Positions 1-6,297 of a DNA stretch of 8,566 nucleotides are shown here, one piece after another (position 1 is the stretch's first letter; every line of letters begins with the position of its first letter). The stretch lies in IMG/VR virus record IMGVR_UViG_2671180710_000015. One strand, written 5' to 3'. Source of the DNA: a virus. Its lineage: Duplodnaviria > Heunggongvirae > Uroviricota > Caudoviricetes. A program made the translations under genes and the position numbers. Below the pieces are notes generated by a model. It made no database searches and was not told where the DNA came from. It saw nothing but the letters and a program-made list of their open reading frames with translations.

Positions 1-927
1 TCAGCTTTTCGCCAGAACGGTGACGGCCTTATCGAGTTTTTGCCATCCGCAATAGGTGATTGCCCTGAACGCTGTAGCGTCATTCTGGAAAAGGCTAACC
101 GTCCCTGATTCGGTTTTTATTACCGCCTCATCAGTTGGGGTTATAACCGTGGCTTCAACGTTAATAATCAGCTTTTGAGCGTCTATCAGCATCATGCGAT
201 CCGCCTGTTCGCTCACAATTACCGGTATTCTCAAAAGCTCTATCTGCCAGAACTCAGCATCAGTAAGCTGTAAGGCGTTTTCTACGGGCAAGATTAGCGA
301 CGACGTGGCAAGCGTGTTACCGTTCGCTATGTGCTTTTTGAAAAGCTCTATGAAGTTTTCGGCCTCATCAGCACCATTAAGCACGCCCTCAGGGGATACG
401 CCCGCCACCTCCTGGTCACTGGAAAGAAATTTTTTATCTATTTCTTTCACCGATTCCGATGTGATCAAGTCTCTGATCGCTGAATTGGCACCAGGGGTGC
501 TAAATTTGATTAGCTCGTTATTCAGCATCACAATAGCGCCAAGTTTGCACAGTTTTAGCGCACTTTCGTTTACTTCTCCCTCTTTGACAGGGATTTCTTC
601 GGCTTCTTTAAGCCATTTACTACCCTTGCCTGATATTGACTGCAATTTTGCGCCAAACGGAAGATTCAGCGCGCTGCTGATTAGCTTGCCTGGTACAGAC
701 TGCGAAAAAATATACTCGCCAAGCTCTCTTACTATCGGCTCTGCCACCAGCGACGGCATATTATCCGTAGTCATTCCGGCAACAATGGATTTTTCAAGAA
801 ATTTCGATACTGCCGGATCATTTTTTTTCGTCATTTCAATTGCGTCTGCATGGCTGAATTTACACGATGTAAGCACGCTGGCGGCGCGAACTGCCGACAC
901 GCCTTTCATGTTTTTAGAAATCATCAT
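1..927 (-). CDS. HK97-fold major capsid protein (satellite-encoded)
   Basis: Complete 308-aa ORF (ATG 925-927, stop at 1-3). Strong SD AGGAGG about 6 nt upstream. Blocks KLGAIVMLNNELIKFS, FLSSDQEVAGVSPEGVL and the C-terminal IPVIVSEQ...LFQNDATAFRAITYCGW resemble conserved blocks of HK97-type capsid proteins as I remember them. No N-terminal delta domain. Confidence 0.65.
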   Translation of the reverse strand: MMISKNMKGVSAVRAASVLTSCKFSHADAIEMTKKNDPAVSKFLEKSIVAGMTTDNMPSLVAEPIVRELGEYIFSQSVPGKLISSALNLPFGAKLQSISGKGSKWLKEAEEIPVKEGEVNESALKLCKLGAIVMLNNELIKFSTPGANSAIRDLITSESVKEIDKKFLSSDQEVAGVSPEGVLNGADEAENFIELFKKHIANGNTLATSSLILPVENALQLTDAEFWQIELLRIPVIVSEQADRMMLIDAQKLIINVEATVITPTDEAVIKTESGTVSLFQNDATAFRAITYCGWQKLDKAVTVLAKS

Positions 928-1075
928 CTTCTTCCTCCTGGTAACATGGGGTTAGGGTTTCGTGAAAATATGGCATCAGAACAGCGGCAGCCTGTAACCG
1001 TATTTCGGTTGGCTGCTGCTTGTCGTTCATGATTTCCGTGAGTACATCAATAGGGTCTGTGATGTATTCGCTCAT
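914..1075 (-). CDS. small acidic-tailed hypothetical protein (53 aa), below ORF-track size cutoff
   Basis: Hand-translated: MSEYITDPIDVLTEIMNDKQQPTEIRLQAAAVLMPYFHETLTPCYQEEEDDDF. ATG at 1073-1075 sits 11 nt after the terS stop with a GAGGT SD; its 3' end overlaps the capsid start in another frame. Confidence 0.4.
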   Translation of the reverse strand: MSEYITDPIDVLTEIMNDKQQPTEIRLQAAAVLMPYFHETLTPCYQEEEDDDF

Positions 1076-1086
1076 AGTTCGCTACC

Positions 1087-1575
1087 TCAGTGTTTTAAGC
1101 CAGTTGGTGGCTTAGGGATGGGGAACCGATTTGAGGAGACATTAGCGGCATTGAGTTTTTTAACCTCTTTTTTCCCAATGCTGCCGATCTTGCGGTGGGT
1201 GAACTGGGCCAGCTTAAACGCGGCATCTAAAGCCAGTTTTGGATCTGTGTCCATGTTGTCAATCAGTATCCTGCCCATTGCTTTGATGGGGTCGGGTAGG
1301 CCGTTATCCATCATCTCAATGGTGTTAATTGATGCCCGTTCCGGTGTAACTTTTTCGGTAACTTTCTTTGTAACTTTTTTCGGTTTTGTAACCTGAAAAG
1401 TTACATCAGAAGTTACAGCCTTAAGATACTTTTTCACCTCCGGATCATTGGATAGCTGCCAGCCTTTAACCCTTGCAGTCTTTTCGCTGTATCCCGCATG
1501 TATCGCGGCTTCCGTTGGATTTGTGCCCTTTGATAACGCATCAGCAAACCGCTTTTTTTTGGTCGTTAATGCCAT
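1087..1575 (-). CDS. terS: terminase small subunit (P27/Terminase_2-like HTH N-terminus)
   Basis: From the internal Met: MALTTKKKRFADALSKGTNPTEAAIHAGYSEKTARVKGWQLSNDPEVKKYL matches the remembered TerS N-terminal pattern (K..F...L..GN.T.AAI.AGYS.KTA). GAGG SD about 9 nt upstream of ATG 1573-1575. The track ORF extends to 1692 across repeats and a homopolymer tract, so that extension is probably not translated. Confidence 0.8.
   Translation of the reverse strand: MALTTKKKRFADALSKGTNPTEAAIHAGYSEKTARVKGWQLSNDPEVKKYLKAVTSDVTFQVTKPKKVTKKVTEKVTPERASINTIEMMDNGLPDPIKAMGRILIDNMDTDPKLALDAAFKLAQFTHRKIGSIGKKEVKKLNAANVSSNRFPIPKPPTGLKH
1346..1416. repeat. phased GTAAC repeat array inside terS (12-bp unit GTAACTTTTTCG-like; six copies, two inverted)
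   Basis: GTAAC at 1346, 1358, 1370 and 1388; inverted GTTAC at 1400 and 1412. Spacing is 12 bp within each triplet. On the coding strand this encodes the KKVT/EKVT peptide repeat of TerS. Confidence 0.7.
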
Positions 1576-1599
1576 GCAAAAACCTCGTTTTGAGGGGGT

Positions 1600-1621
1600 G
1601 TAACTTTTCGTGTAACTTTTT
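1600..1621. repeat. two further GTAACTTTT copies in the terS leader (non-coding), same 12-bp phasing
   Basis: GTAACTTTTCGT GTAACTTTTTTG at 1600-1621, immediately upstream of the terS SD and start. Confidence 0.6.
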
Positions 1622-1704
1622 TGAAAAGCAAAATTTTCTATGAATGAGACGGGGGGCGGTGTCCAGGGCGATCGACTTTCCGGCCGGAACACTCCCCCCC
1701 CCTG

Positions 1705-1866
1705 TCATTGCTCACCGAGTAACGAGATCAGGCCTTCAACTTCATCACTCAGCTTGTTTATTCGTGTCTCAAGCTCTGCGATCTTTTCCATTAATGGCGC
1801 TATCGTGTCTCTTGTTTCCTCGCCAATGGCTTTAATGATGCTTGCCTCGCGTTCTGTGATAGCCAT
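1705..1866 (-). CDS. small hypothetical protein (53 aa, helical/coiled-coil-like), below ORF-track cutoff
   Basis: Hand-translated: MAITEREASIIKAIGEETRDTIAPLMEKIAELETRINKLSDEVEGLISLLGEQ. ATG 1864-1866 is 2 nt after the upstream stop, with a GAGGA SD. Confidence 0.5.
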   Translation of the reverse strand: MAITEREASIIKAIGEETRDTIAPLMEKIAELETRINKLSDEVEGLISLLGEQ

Positions 1867-1868
1867 TG

Positions 1869-2063
1869 TTATTCCTCACCTGTTGCAATGCCCAGGCGTT
1901 CGCGTAACAGCACGCGAGCAAGATGGCCTACTGTTGGCGTGGCGGCTCTGCCGTATATACCAGCTTCATTCATCCGGCGAATAACATCGAATTGAAGTTT
2001 TTTAAGCTCGTTTAGGATCTCGTGATCAATCATCACGGTAGCGCTTTGCTTTATCTGTTCCAC
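1869..2063 (-). CDS. small hypothetical protein (64 aa), GTG start
   Basis: Track ORF. Start codon is GTG (plus 2061-2063 cac) preceded by a consensus AGGAGG SD 7 nt upstream. First gene of the leftward late operon. Confidence 0.6.
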   Translation of the reverse strand: MEQIKQSATVMIDHEILNELKKLQFDVIRRMNEAGIYGRAATPTVGHLARVLLRERLGIATGEE

Positions 2064-2150
2064 TTTGTTTCCTCCTGATGCTTATCATCTCATAATCATT
2101 ATTTTCGATAGATTATAATCAATCAACCATTTTTAAAGATATGTGAGATC
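2064..2150 (-). promoter_or_regulatory. putative promoter region of the late packaging operon
   Basis: AT-rich intergenic region after a terminator. Palindromic GATTATAATC (2111-2120) gives a consensus TATAAT on either strand; an adjacent TTGATT is too close to be its -35. Transcription start not determinable by eye. Confidence 0.3.
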
Positions 2151-2151
2151 G

Positions 2152-2175
2152 AAAAAAAGCCGGATTGCTCCGGCT
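2152..2175 (-). terminator. Rho-independent terminator after the PerC-like gene
   Basis: Perfect 7-bp stem AGCCGGA / TCCGGCT (2158-2164 / 2169-2175), 4-nt loop, followed on the minus strand by a U-run (plus A7 at 2152-2158), 7 nt after the stop at 2182-2184. Confidence 0.6.
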
Positions 2176-2181
2176 ATGTGC

Positions 2182-2454
2182 TTAGCTGTCTGGGTAATTA
2201 CGCCATACTTCATCGCCTGCACCATCTATACCCATTTCAGCATAAGTGCGATCGACTGCCTTTCTCAGGTCTCCGAAGTTATCCGGCGGCTCCGGTGGCT
2301 TCTGTGCCTTCCTGGAACATTCCAGCCGTCGCATCGTAACCTGATACCGTTCCTTGTCTGTCTCCACCAGCTGCATGACTTCACCCCATCGCGCCGCCGC
2401 CCTCCGGTAAAATCCTTTCGCCTCGAGTTCCTCCGCTATGCGGTCATGTACCAT
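2182..2454 (-). CDS. PerC-family-like small transcriptional regulator (about 90 aa)
   Basis: Motif AEELEAKGFYRRAAARWGEVM resembles the remembered PerC/Pch signature. Start chosen at ATG 2452-2454 with a GGGGGTGAGG SD just after the SSB stop; the 126-aa track ORF would overlap SSB by about 100 nt. Confidence 0.5.
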   Translation of the reverse strand: MVHDRIAEELEAKGFYRRAAARWGEVMQLVETDKERYQVTMRRLECSRKAQKPPEPPDNFGDLRKAVDRTYAEMGIDGAGDEVWRNYPDS

Positions 2455-2464
2455 CCTCACCCCC

Positions 2465-2863
2465 TCAGAACGGAATACCATCACCGTAAGGGTCATCGCC
2501 TCCCGCTGGTGGCTGATTACCCTGTGTGCCTGTGGTTTTGCGTCTGTTCCCGCCTCGGGCACTGATTACGCTGTCTGCGATAACCTGCCAGCCCTGCCGC
2601 GTTTCGCCGTTCTGGCCTGTCCACTGGCTTACCTGCATCGTGCCGGATACGCTGGCAACATCGCCTTTTTGATGTTTAGCCAGGAAGTCGGCCTGTTTGC
2701 CAAATGCGATGACCGATAACCATAACGTCGCCTGTCCGTCCTGTGCCTGGCTGCATGGCAAAGATACCGCCATACGCGCCAGCGTCATCGGTGTGCCCTT
2801 GCTGGTCTGTTTTACCTGCGGGTCGTCCACCAGCCGCCCGTAAGCGGCTATCTGTGCCGTCAT
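2465..2863 (-). CDS. ssb: single-stranded DNA-binding protein
   Basis: OB-fold pattern WLSVIAFGKQADFLAKHQKGDVASVSGTMQVSQWTGQNGETRQGW and the diagnostic acidic C-terminal tail DDPYGDGIPF. GGAGAGG SD; ATGA start/stop overlap with the upstream ORF. Confidence 0.9.
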   Translation of the reverse strand: MTAQIAAYGRLVDDPQVKQTSKGTPMTLARMAVSLPCSQAQDGQATLWLSVIAFGKQADFLAKHQKGDVASVSGTMQVSQWTGQNGETRQGWQVIADSVISARGGNRRKTTGTQGNQPPAGGDDPYGDGIPF

Positions 2864-3111
2864 AATTCCACCTCTCCGGTTTTAACGTTGATGGTTGTTA
2901 CCTGTTCCGCTTCGGCAATCTCCCGTTCTGTCAGCGTGGCAAAGTTTGCCGCCGCCGTGGTCATGAATGCGCTTATCAGGTCGGGATGTTCCTTCGCGTA
3001 TCCTTCCCGCGTGTGGCGGTCTATCGTTCTGATTGCCACCTTTAAGGTGTGCTCAGTCATGTCTAACGCTTTATATTTTGGCTCTGTTCTGTCTCTGCGT
3101 TTTTGGGTCAT
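2860..3111 (-). CDS. hypothetical protein (about 83 aa) translationally coupled to ssb
   Basis: Track ORF 2860-3141; its stop overlaps the ssb ATG (tcat at 2860-2863). Start placed at Met 3109-3111 (GAGAGG SD) because the longer form runs into the ori iterons. No recognisable family. Confidence 0.45.
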   Translation of the reverse strand: MTQKRRDRTEPKYKALDMTEHTLKVAIRTIDRHTREGYAKEHPDLISAFMTTAAANFATLTEREIAEAEQVTTINVKTGEVEL

Positions 3112-3119
3112 TTCTCGCA

Positions 3120-3315
3120 ACCTCTCACTTTTTCGCCTCACTTTTTCAAGCGTCTCACTTCGTCGCAGTTGGGATTTTCGGTTTTTCTATGTGTGTGTTT
3201 CATAAGTATTTTTTTACCCCCTCACTTTTGAGGATGTATACAGGTCGAAAAGTGAGGGAGAGCGGGCTAATTTTGGCCCTCTTTCTATCCCCCTCGCTTT
3301 TGCTCCTCACTTTTA
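3120..3315. repeat. iteron-type replication origin (seven CCTCACTTTT-like repeats plus AT-rich tract)
   Basis: CTCACTT cores at 3124, 3137, 3154, 3221 and 3306; inverted copy AAGTGAG at 3250; variant CTCGCTT at 3293. AT-rich tract about 3182-3218. Lies immediately 3' of the rep gene. Confidence 0.6.
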
Positions 3316-4710
3316 TAGCGGCGCTACATCATCCCCATCGATACGAATAACCCCATCTTTTTCCAGCTTGTACAGCCAGCGCCGGAAGTTTTTCATTTCA
3401 TACCCCAGCTTTTTCATGTCATCACGTAACAGCGGGATCGTGCACTTGTCGCCGTTCTGTGTGCGTGAACGGATGCACCCCCATAGCGCGGTATGGTTTT
3501 CCGTCTTGTTCCCTGCCTCCTCGATGCGCTCCAGTTCAACAGGAGGGCGCGGATCATCCACCACCACCAGCGACGTGATTAATTCACCGTCAGCGTCGGT
3601 AAAAAGCTCCACCACGCGTAAGTCATATGCGGCTTCTTTGAGTTCCTCCGCGTCCTTCATTTTGGTGCATGAGATAACCAGCGCTTCGCTTCCTGCGTCC
3701 TCCCTGCGTATCCGGTATTCAGCATCCAGCGAAGCACGAAATGCACTGGAACCGCGCGCGCCTTTCGTCTCATCCTTGCCGGAATGGTGAACCACCAGCA
3801 CCGTGGCCCCTGTGCGTCGTTTAAGCTCGTCACAACCACGGATAAACGCCCCCATATCACGGGAATCATTTTCATCATTCCCACCAAAGCAACGCGCCAG
3901 AGTATCCAGAATAATCATGCGTACAGGTTTACCCGTTTCCCGCTCCACCTGACGGGCAGCGATAACCATTTCATCAACATCAAGCGGGGCAGCCGGAAAG
4001 ATGGGACGGTTTACCAGATACAGATTTTTCACCTGTTCACCGTGCACAACCTCCCAGGCTTTTACACGACGCGGAACGCCGATACCGCCTTCACCAACCA
4101 CATAGAGAACCGCACCATGCGCCACCCTGCGGCCTCCCCACTGGCGGCCCGTGGAAACGTGACACGCCCACGATCCGGCAAGGAATGATTTATAGGAACC
4201 GCTCGCCCCGTATATGCTGCAAAGCGATACCGCCGGAATAATTCCCTTCACCACGTAATCAAGCTGCGTGTCGTATCCGGCAGATCCCACGCTCATTGGT
4301 AGCTTGGTTTTTCGCTGGTGGCTCAGGCTTTCCCCGCGTTCCCATGTCTCCCTAAGCCGTGGAAGCTGGTCGCTCCATTCCTCCAGCAATTCGAAATTTT
4401 CAGAAAACAGGCGCGCTTCCTGGACTCCTGCGATTGCCAGTTTCGTGGCGATGGTTAACAACTGCACTTCGTCAATATTTCCGGCACGTATCACTTTCGC
4501 CCTGTATCGCCCATCATCCACAATCTGGAGGTTATCCAGTTCGCTTAACTGATAACGCCCCAGGTAAACGGGAGGGACTGGATCGCCTGCTTTTTTGGCC
4601 TGTGCAATGATGTAGTACTCTGCAAATGAGTGAGCATTATCACCCGCAAAAATAACCGCTTCGGTGTGTTTATCTTTCGGTAACAGTTTTACGTTCGGTG
4701 CCAGTTTCAT
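3313..4710 (-). CDS. replication initiator/helicase (RecA-fold AAA_25, DnaB/RepA-like) with winged-helix-like C-terminus
   Basis: 465 aa. Walker A GASGSYKS, Walker B-like MIILDTLARCF, LVVHHSGKDETKGARGSSA. Not P4 alpha-like: no SF3, toprim or zinc-finger motifs seen. ATGA overlap with the upstream 99-aa ORF. Confidence 0.85.
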   Translation of the reverse strand: MKLAPNVKLLPKDKHTEAVIFAGDNAHSFAEYYIIAQAKKAGDPVPPVYLGRYQLSELDNLQIVDDGRYRAKVIRAGNIDEVQLLTIATKLAIAGVQEARLFSENFELLEEWSDQLPRLRETWERGESLSHQRKTKLPMSVGSAGYDTQLDYVVKGIIPAVSLCSIYGASGSYKSFLAGSWACHVSTGRQWGGRRVAHGAVLYVVGEGGIGVPRRVKAWEVVHGEQVKNLYLVNRPIFPAAPLDVDEMVIAARQVERETGKPVRMIILDTLARCFGGNDENDSRDMGAFIRGCDELKRRTGATVLVVHHSGKDETKGARGSSAFRASLDAEYRIRREDAGSEALVISCTKMKDAEELKEAAYDLRVVELFTDADGELITSLVVVDDPRPPVELERIEEAGNKTENHTALWGCIRSRTQNGDKCTIPLLRDDMKKLGYEMKNFRRWLYKLEKDGVIRIDGDDVAPL

Positions 4711-5006
4711 TTTTTACCCCTGAATCCGTTAATCATGGTTTTCAGCTTCTGGATGTTTTCCCGTGCTCTGGCGTTGCTGGTGGGCACGTTATGCGGCGCG
4801 GTCTGTACCAGAGAAAAATCACGCCGGAACTGATAAACAGGCATCACGCAATCATATTCGTAACCTTCACGGCGGTAAGTTACGCACCGTCCCGCCACGC
4901 CCTTAATCATTACCGTGCCGCCGTACTGGTCGCGGTAAATATCACCGCGCGTAAATTTAGGGTGAGTGTTGCCACTGGCAGTTAAGCCAGAATATTTAAG
5001 TTTCAT
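4707..5006 (-). CDS. hypothetical protein (99 aa) coupled to rep
   Basis: Track ORF. GGAGA SD 9 nt upstream of ATG 5004-5006; its stop overlaps the rep start. No family recognised. Confidence 0.55.
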   Translation of the reverse strand: MKLKYSGLTASGNTHPKFTRGDIYRDQYGGTVMIKGVAGRCVTYRREGYEYDCVMPVYQFRRDFSLVQTAPHNVPTSNARARENIQKLKTMINGFRGKK

Positions 5007-5011
5007 TATTT

Positions 5012-5239
5012 TTATTCTCCGGTGTGGGGCGCTTTATTATTTTCGATAATATCCATTGCCTTATCCAGTTCATCAATAACAGGCGATAGTAATGTCTGAA
5101 TGGCTGCAAACATTAATGACGAAGATTCTTCGCCAGATTCCGGCACTTCAATTAATTTGCCTAACAACGCATTCATTTCCTTTGCGCGGATTAATGCGTT
5201 TTCAGAATGAATAAGAACATCAAAGGGTATTTTATGCAT
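5012..5239 (-). CDS. hypothetical protein (75 aa)
   Basis: Track ORF, G-rich SD; 8-nt overlap with the upstream ORF and 5-nt gap to the downstream ORF. Predicted helical, acidic. Confidence 0.5.
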   Translation of the reverse strand: MHKIPFDVLIHSENALIRAKEMNALLGKLIEVPESGEESSSLMFAAIQTLLSPVIDELDKAMDIIENNKAPHTGE

Positions 5240-5429
5240 GACTCACCCCCTGGCGAATACGGGCGGCGAATACAGCAACACAACCGGACGGGCAACGGCT
5301 ACGCGCTTCGCGTTCCGTCCAGGCGGTTACGTGGATGATTTGAGATTCTCCGGCACTCAGTGCCAGAAAACGCCACACAAAGGCCGTTTGTGTGTGTGCT
5401 AGTCGTGGGGTATGATTTACGGCAACCAT
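5232..5429 (-). CDS. hypothetical protein (65 aa), first ORF of the rep operon
   Basis: Track ORF with AGAGAGG SD 7 nt upstream. Contains an 8-bp hairpin (CACACAAA-ggccg-TTTGTGTG, 5374-5394), so a structured leader RNA is an alternative reading. Confidence 0.35.
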   Translation of the reverse strand: MVAVNHTPRLAHTQTAFVWRFLALSAGESQIIHVTAWTEREARSRCPSGCVAVFAARIRQGVSHA

Positions 5430-5502
5430 AAATTTACCTCTCTATAGTGTTTGTGGTTAGACGCCCTGCATGTGTTCCAGCACTGTGGGGCGTTGTTTTT
5501 TG

Positions 5503-5547
5503 GTGCAAGTCACCTTGAAATCTAGGTTACTTTTAGGTGACTTGCAC
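5503..5547. promoter_or_regulatory. paired operator-like sites: 12-bp perfect inverted repeat GTGCAAGTCACC-N21-GGTGACTTGCAC
   Basis: Arms at 5503-5514 and 5536-5547 are exact reverse complements. Each arm is itself GGTG-N5-CACC-like. Located in the divergent region between the rep operon and the plus-strand RHH gene. Confidence 0.45.
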
Positions 5548-5574
5548 TTCAAGTCTTTTTTTATTTTTTTTTCT
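5539..5574 (+). terminator. terminator-like hairpin plus long T-tract (alternatively an UP element or insulator)
   Basis: GACTTG-cactt-CAAGTC (5539-5555) followed by T8-A-T10 (5556-5574). It overlaps the right operator arm and sits just upstream of a TATACT -10 (5578-5583). Confidence 0.3.
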
Positions 5575-5613
5575 CCGTATACTGAACACCACCTAACAGT
5601 AAGGAGAACAGAG

Positions 5614-5793
5614 ATGCCAACAGGTACAACCAACAACAAGTCACAACAAAAAACTGCTAGAGTACCTCTAGACGTTTTAAGCGAAATGAATTTGGTAAAA
5701 GAAGAAAACGAAACAGACGCACAATTTATCGTTACTGCCATGCGCGGCGAAATCAAACGCCGCCAGCGTCGCAAGGCCAAAGAATCAGAATAA
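5614..5793 (+). CDS. small ribbon-helix-helix-like DNA-binding protein (59 aa)
   Basis: Hand-defined start: AAGGAG SD (5601-5606) 7 nt before ATG 5614. MPTGTTNNKSQQKTARVPLDVLSEMNLVKEENETDAQFIVTAMRGEIKRRQRRKAKESE shows a strand-helix-turn-helix pattern. The 107-aa track ORF is an N-terminal over-extension across the operator and T-tract. Confidence 0.5.
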   Translation: MPTGTTNNKSQQKTARVPLDVLSEMNLVKEENETDAQFIVTAMRGEIKRRQRRKAKESE

Positions 5794-5850
5794 TCACTAT
5801 CAGCGCCGTGGTGTGAGGTACTACGGCGCATTGCTTTACAGGGCAGTACC

Positions 5851-6078
5851 ATGACCAACAACACACTATCACCAATACAAGACACGCAAACGCAAGATGA
5901 TGAAATCATCCGGCAAAGGCAGTCAGAAGCCTGCGCCAGACTTGAGGAAGAACTAACCAGAACAAAAATACCACCACCAGCGCCGCGCTTAGTGCCACCA
6001 GAAAAATTTGCCCTTGAAGATTTTGTCGATAAATACCCACGGCGGCTTAAATCCGGCAAAAACCGACCGCCAGGATGA
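5851..6078 (+). CDS. hypothetical protein (75 aa), acidic N-terminus, Pro-rich basic C-terminus
   Basis: Track ORF. Weak SD; preceded by hairpin GCGCCGT-N13-ACGGCGC (5803-5829) and followed by hairpin GAAACGG-attatt-CCGTTTC (6098-6117). No family recognised. Confidence 0.4.
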   Translation: MTNNTLSPIQDTQTQDDEIIRQRQSEACARLEEELTRTKIPPPAPRLVPPEKFALEDFVDKYPRRLKSGKNRPPG

Positions 6079-6297
6079 GTGCACAAAACCGAACTATGAA
6101 ACGGATTATTCCGTTTCCGGGGCGTTTGTGTGTGTATAAAGAGTAAGCTATGCTCTTTTATAGCCATAATCGTTACCTCAATTAATGGTTTGGTTAGAAG
6201 CCCGTTGGTGTTCATAGCGCCAGCGGGCTTTGCTTTTTGTGTTGATTGTGTGTAATATGTCACTACACATAAATACATTACATGAGGTGTAATTAAC

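Noticed and set aside
194-955. 253-aa plus-strand ORF
   Set aside because: Antisense to the capsid gene, Ser-rich low-complexity translation, no SD.
1576-1692. N-terminal extension of the 201-aa terS track ORF
   Set aside because: The extension crosses homopolymer tracts and repeats and has no SD, whereas the internal Met at 1575 has one and begins the conserved TerS motif.
1640-1984. Overlapping plus-strand ORFs of 114 and 63 aa
   Set aside because: Antisense to two SD-supported minus-strand small ORFs; Ser/Pro-rich composition.
2455-2562. Longer 126-aa form of the PerC-like ORF
   Set aside because: Would overlap the last 98 nt of ssb; the in-frame ATG at 2454 has a G-rich SD just after the ssb stop.
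2143-2565. 140-aa plus-strand ORF
   Set aside because: Antisense to the PerC-like gene and its terminator; Cys/His-rich junk-like translation.
3120-3315. Possible CRISPR array
   Set aside because: Repeats are only about 10 bp with irregular spacing and an inverted copy; this is an iteron origin pattern, not a repeat-spacer array.
2888-3350. Two 105-aa plus-strand ORFs across the ori
   Set aside because: They translate iterons and the AT-rich tract into low-complexity peptides.
3313-4710. P4 alpha-type primase-helicase
   Set aside because: No toprim, zinc-finger or SF3 motifs seen; the ATPase is RecA-fold with a GASGSYKS Walker A.
3368-4985. Several 76-140-aa ORFs overlapping rep and the 99-aa ORF
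   Set aside because: All are antisense or out of frame within strongly supported genes and lack SD sequences.
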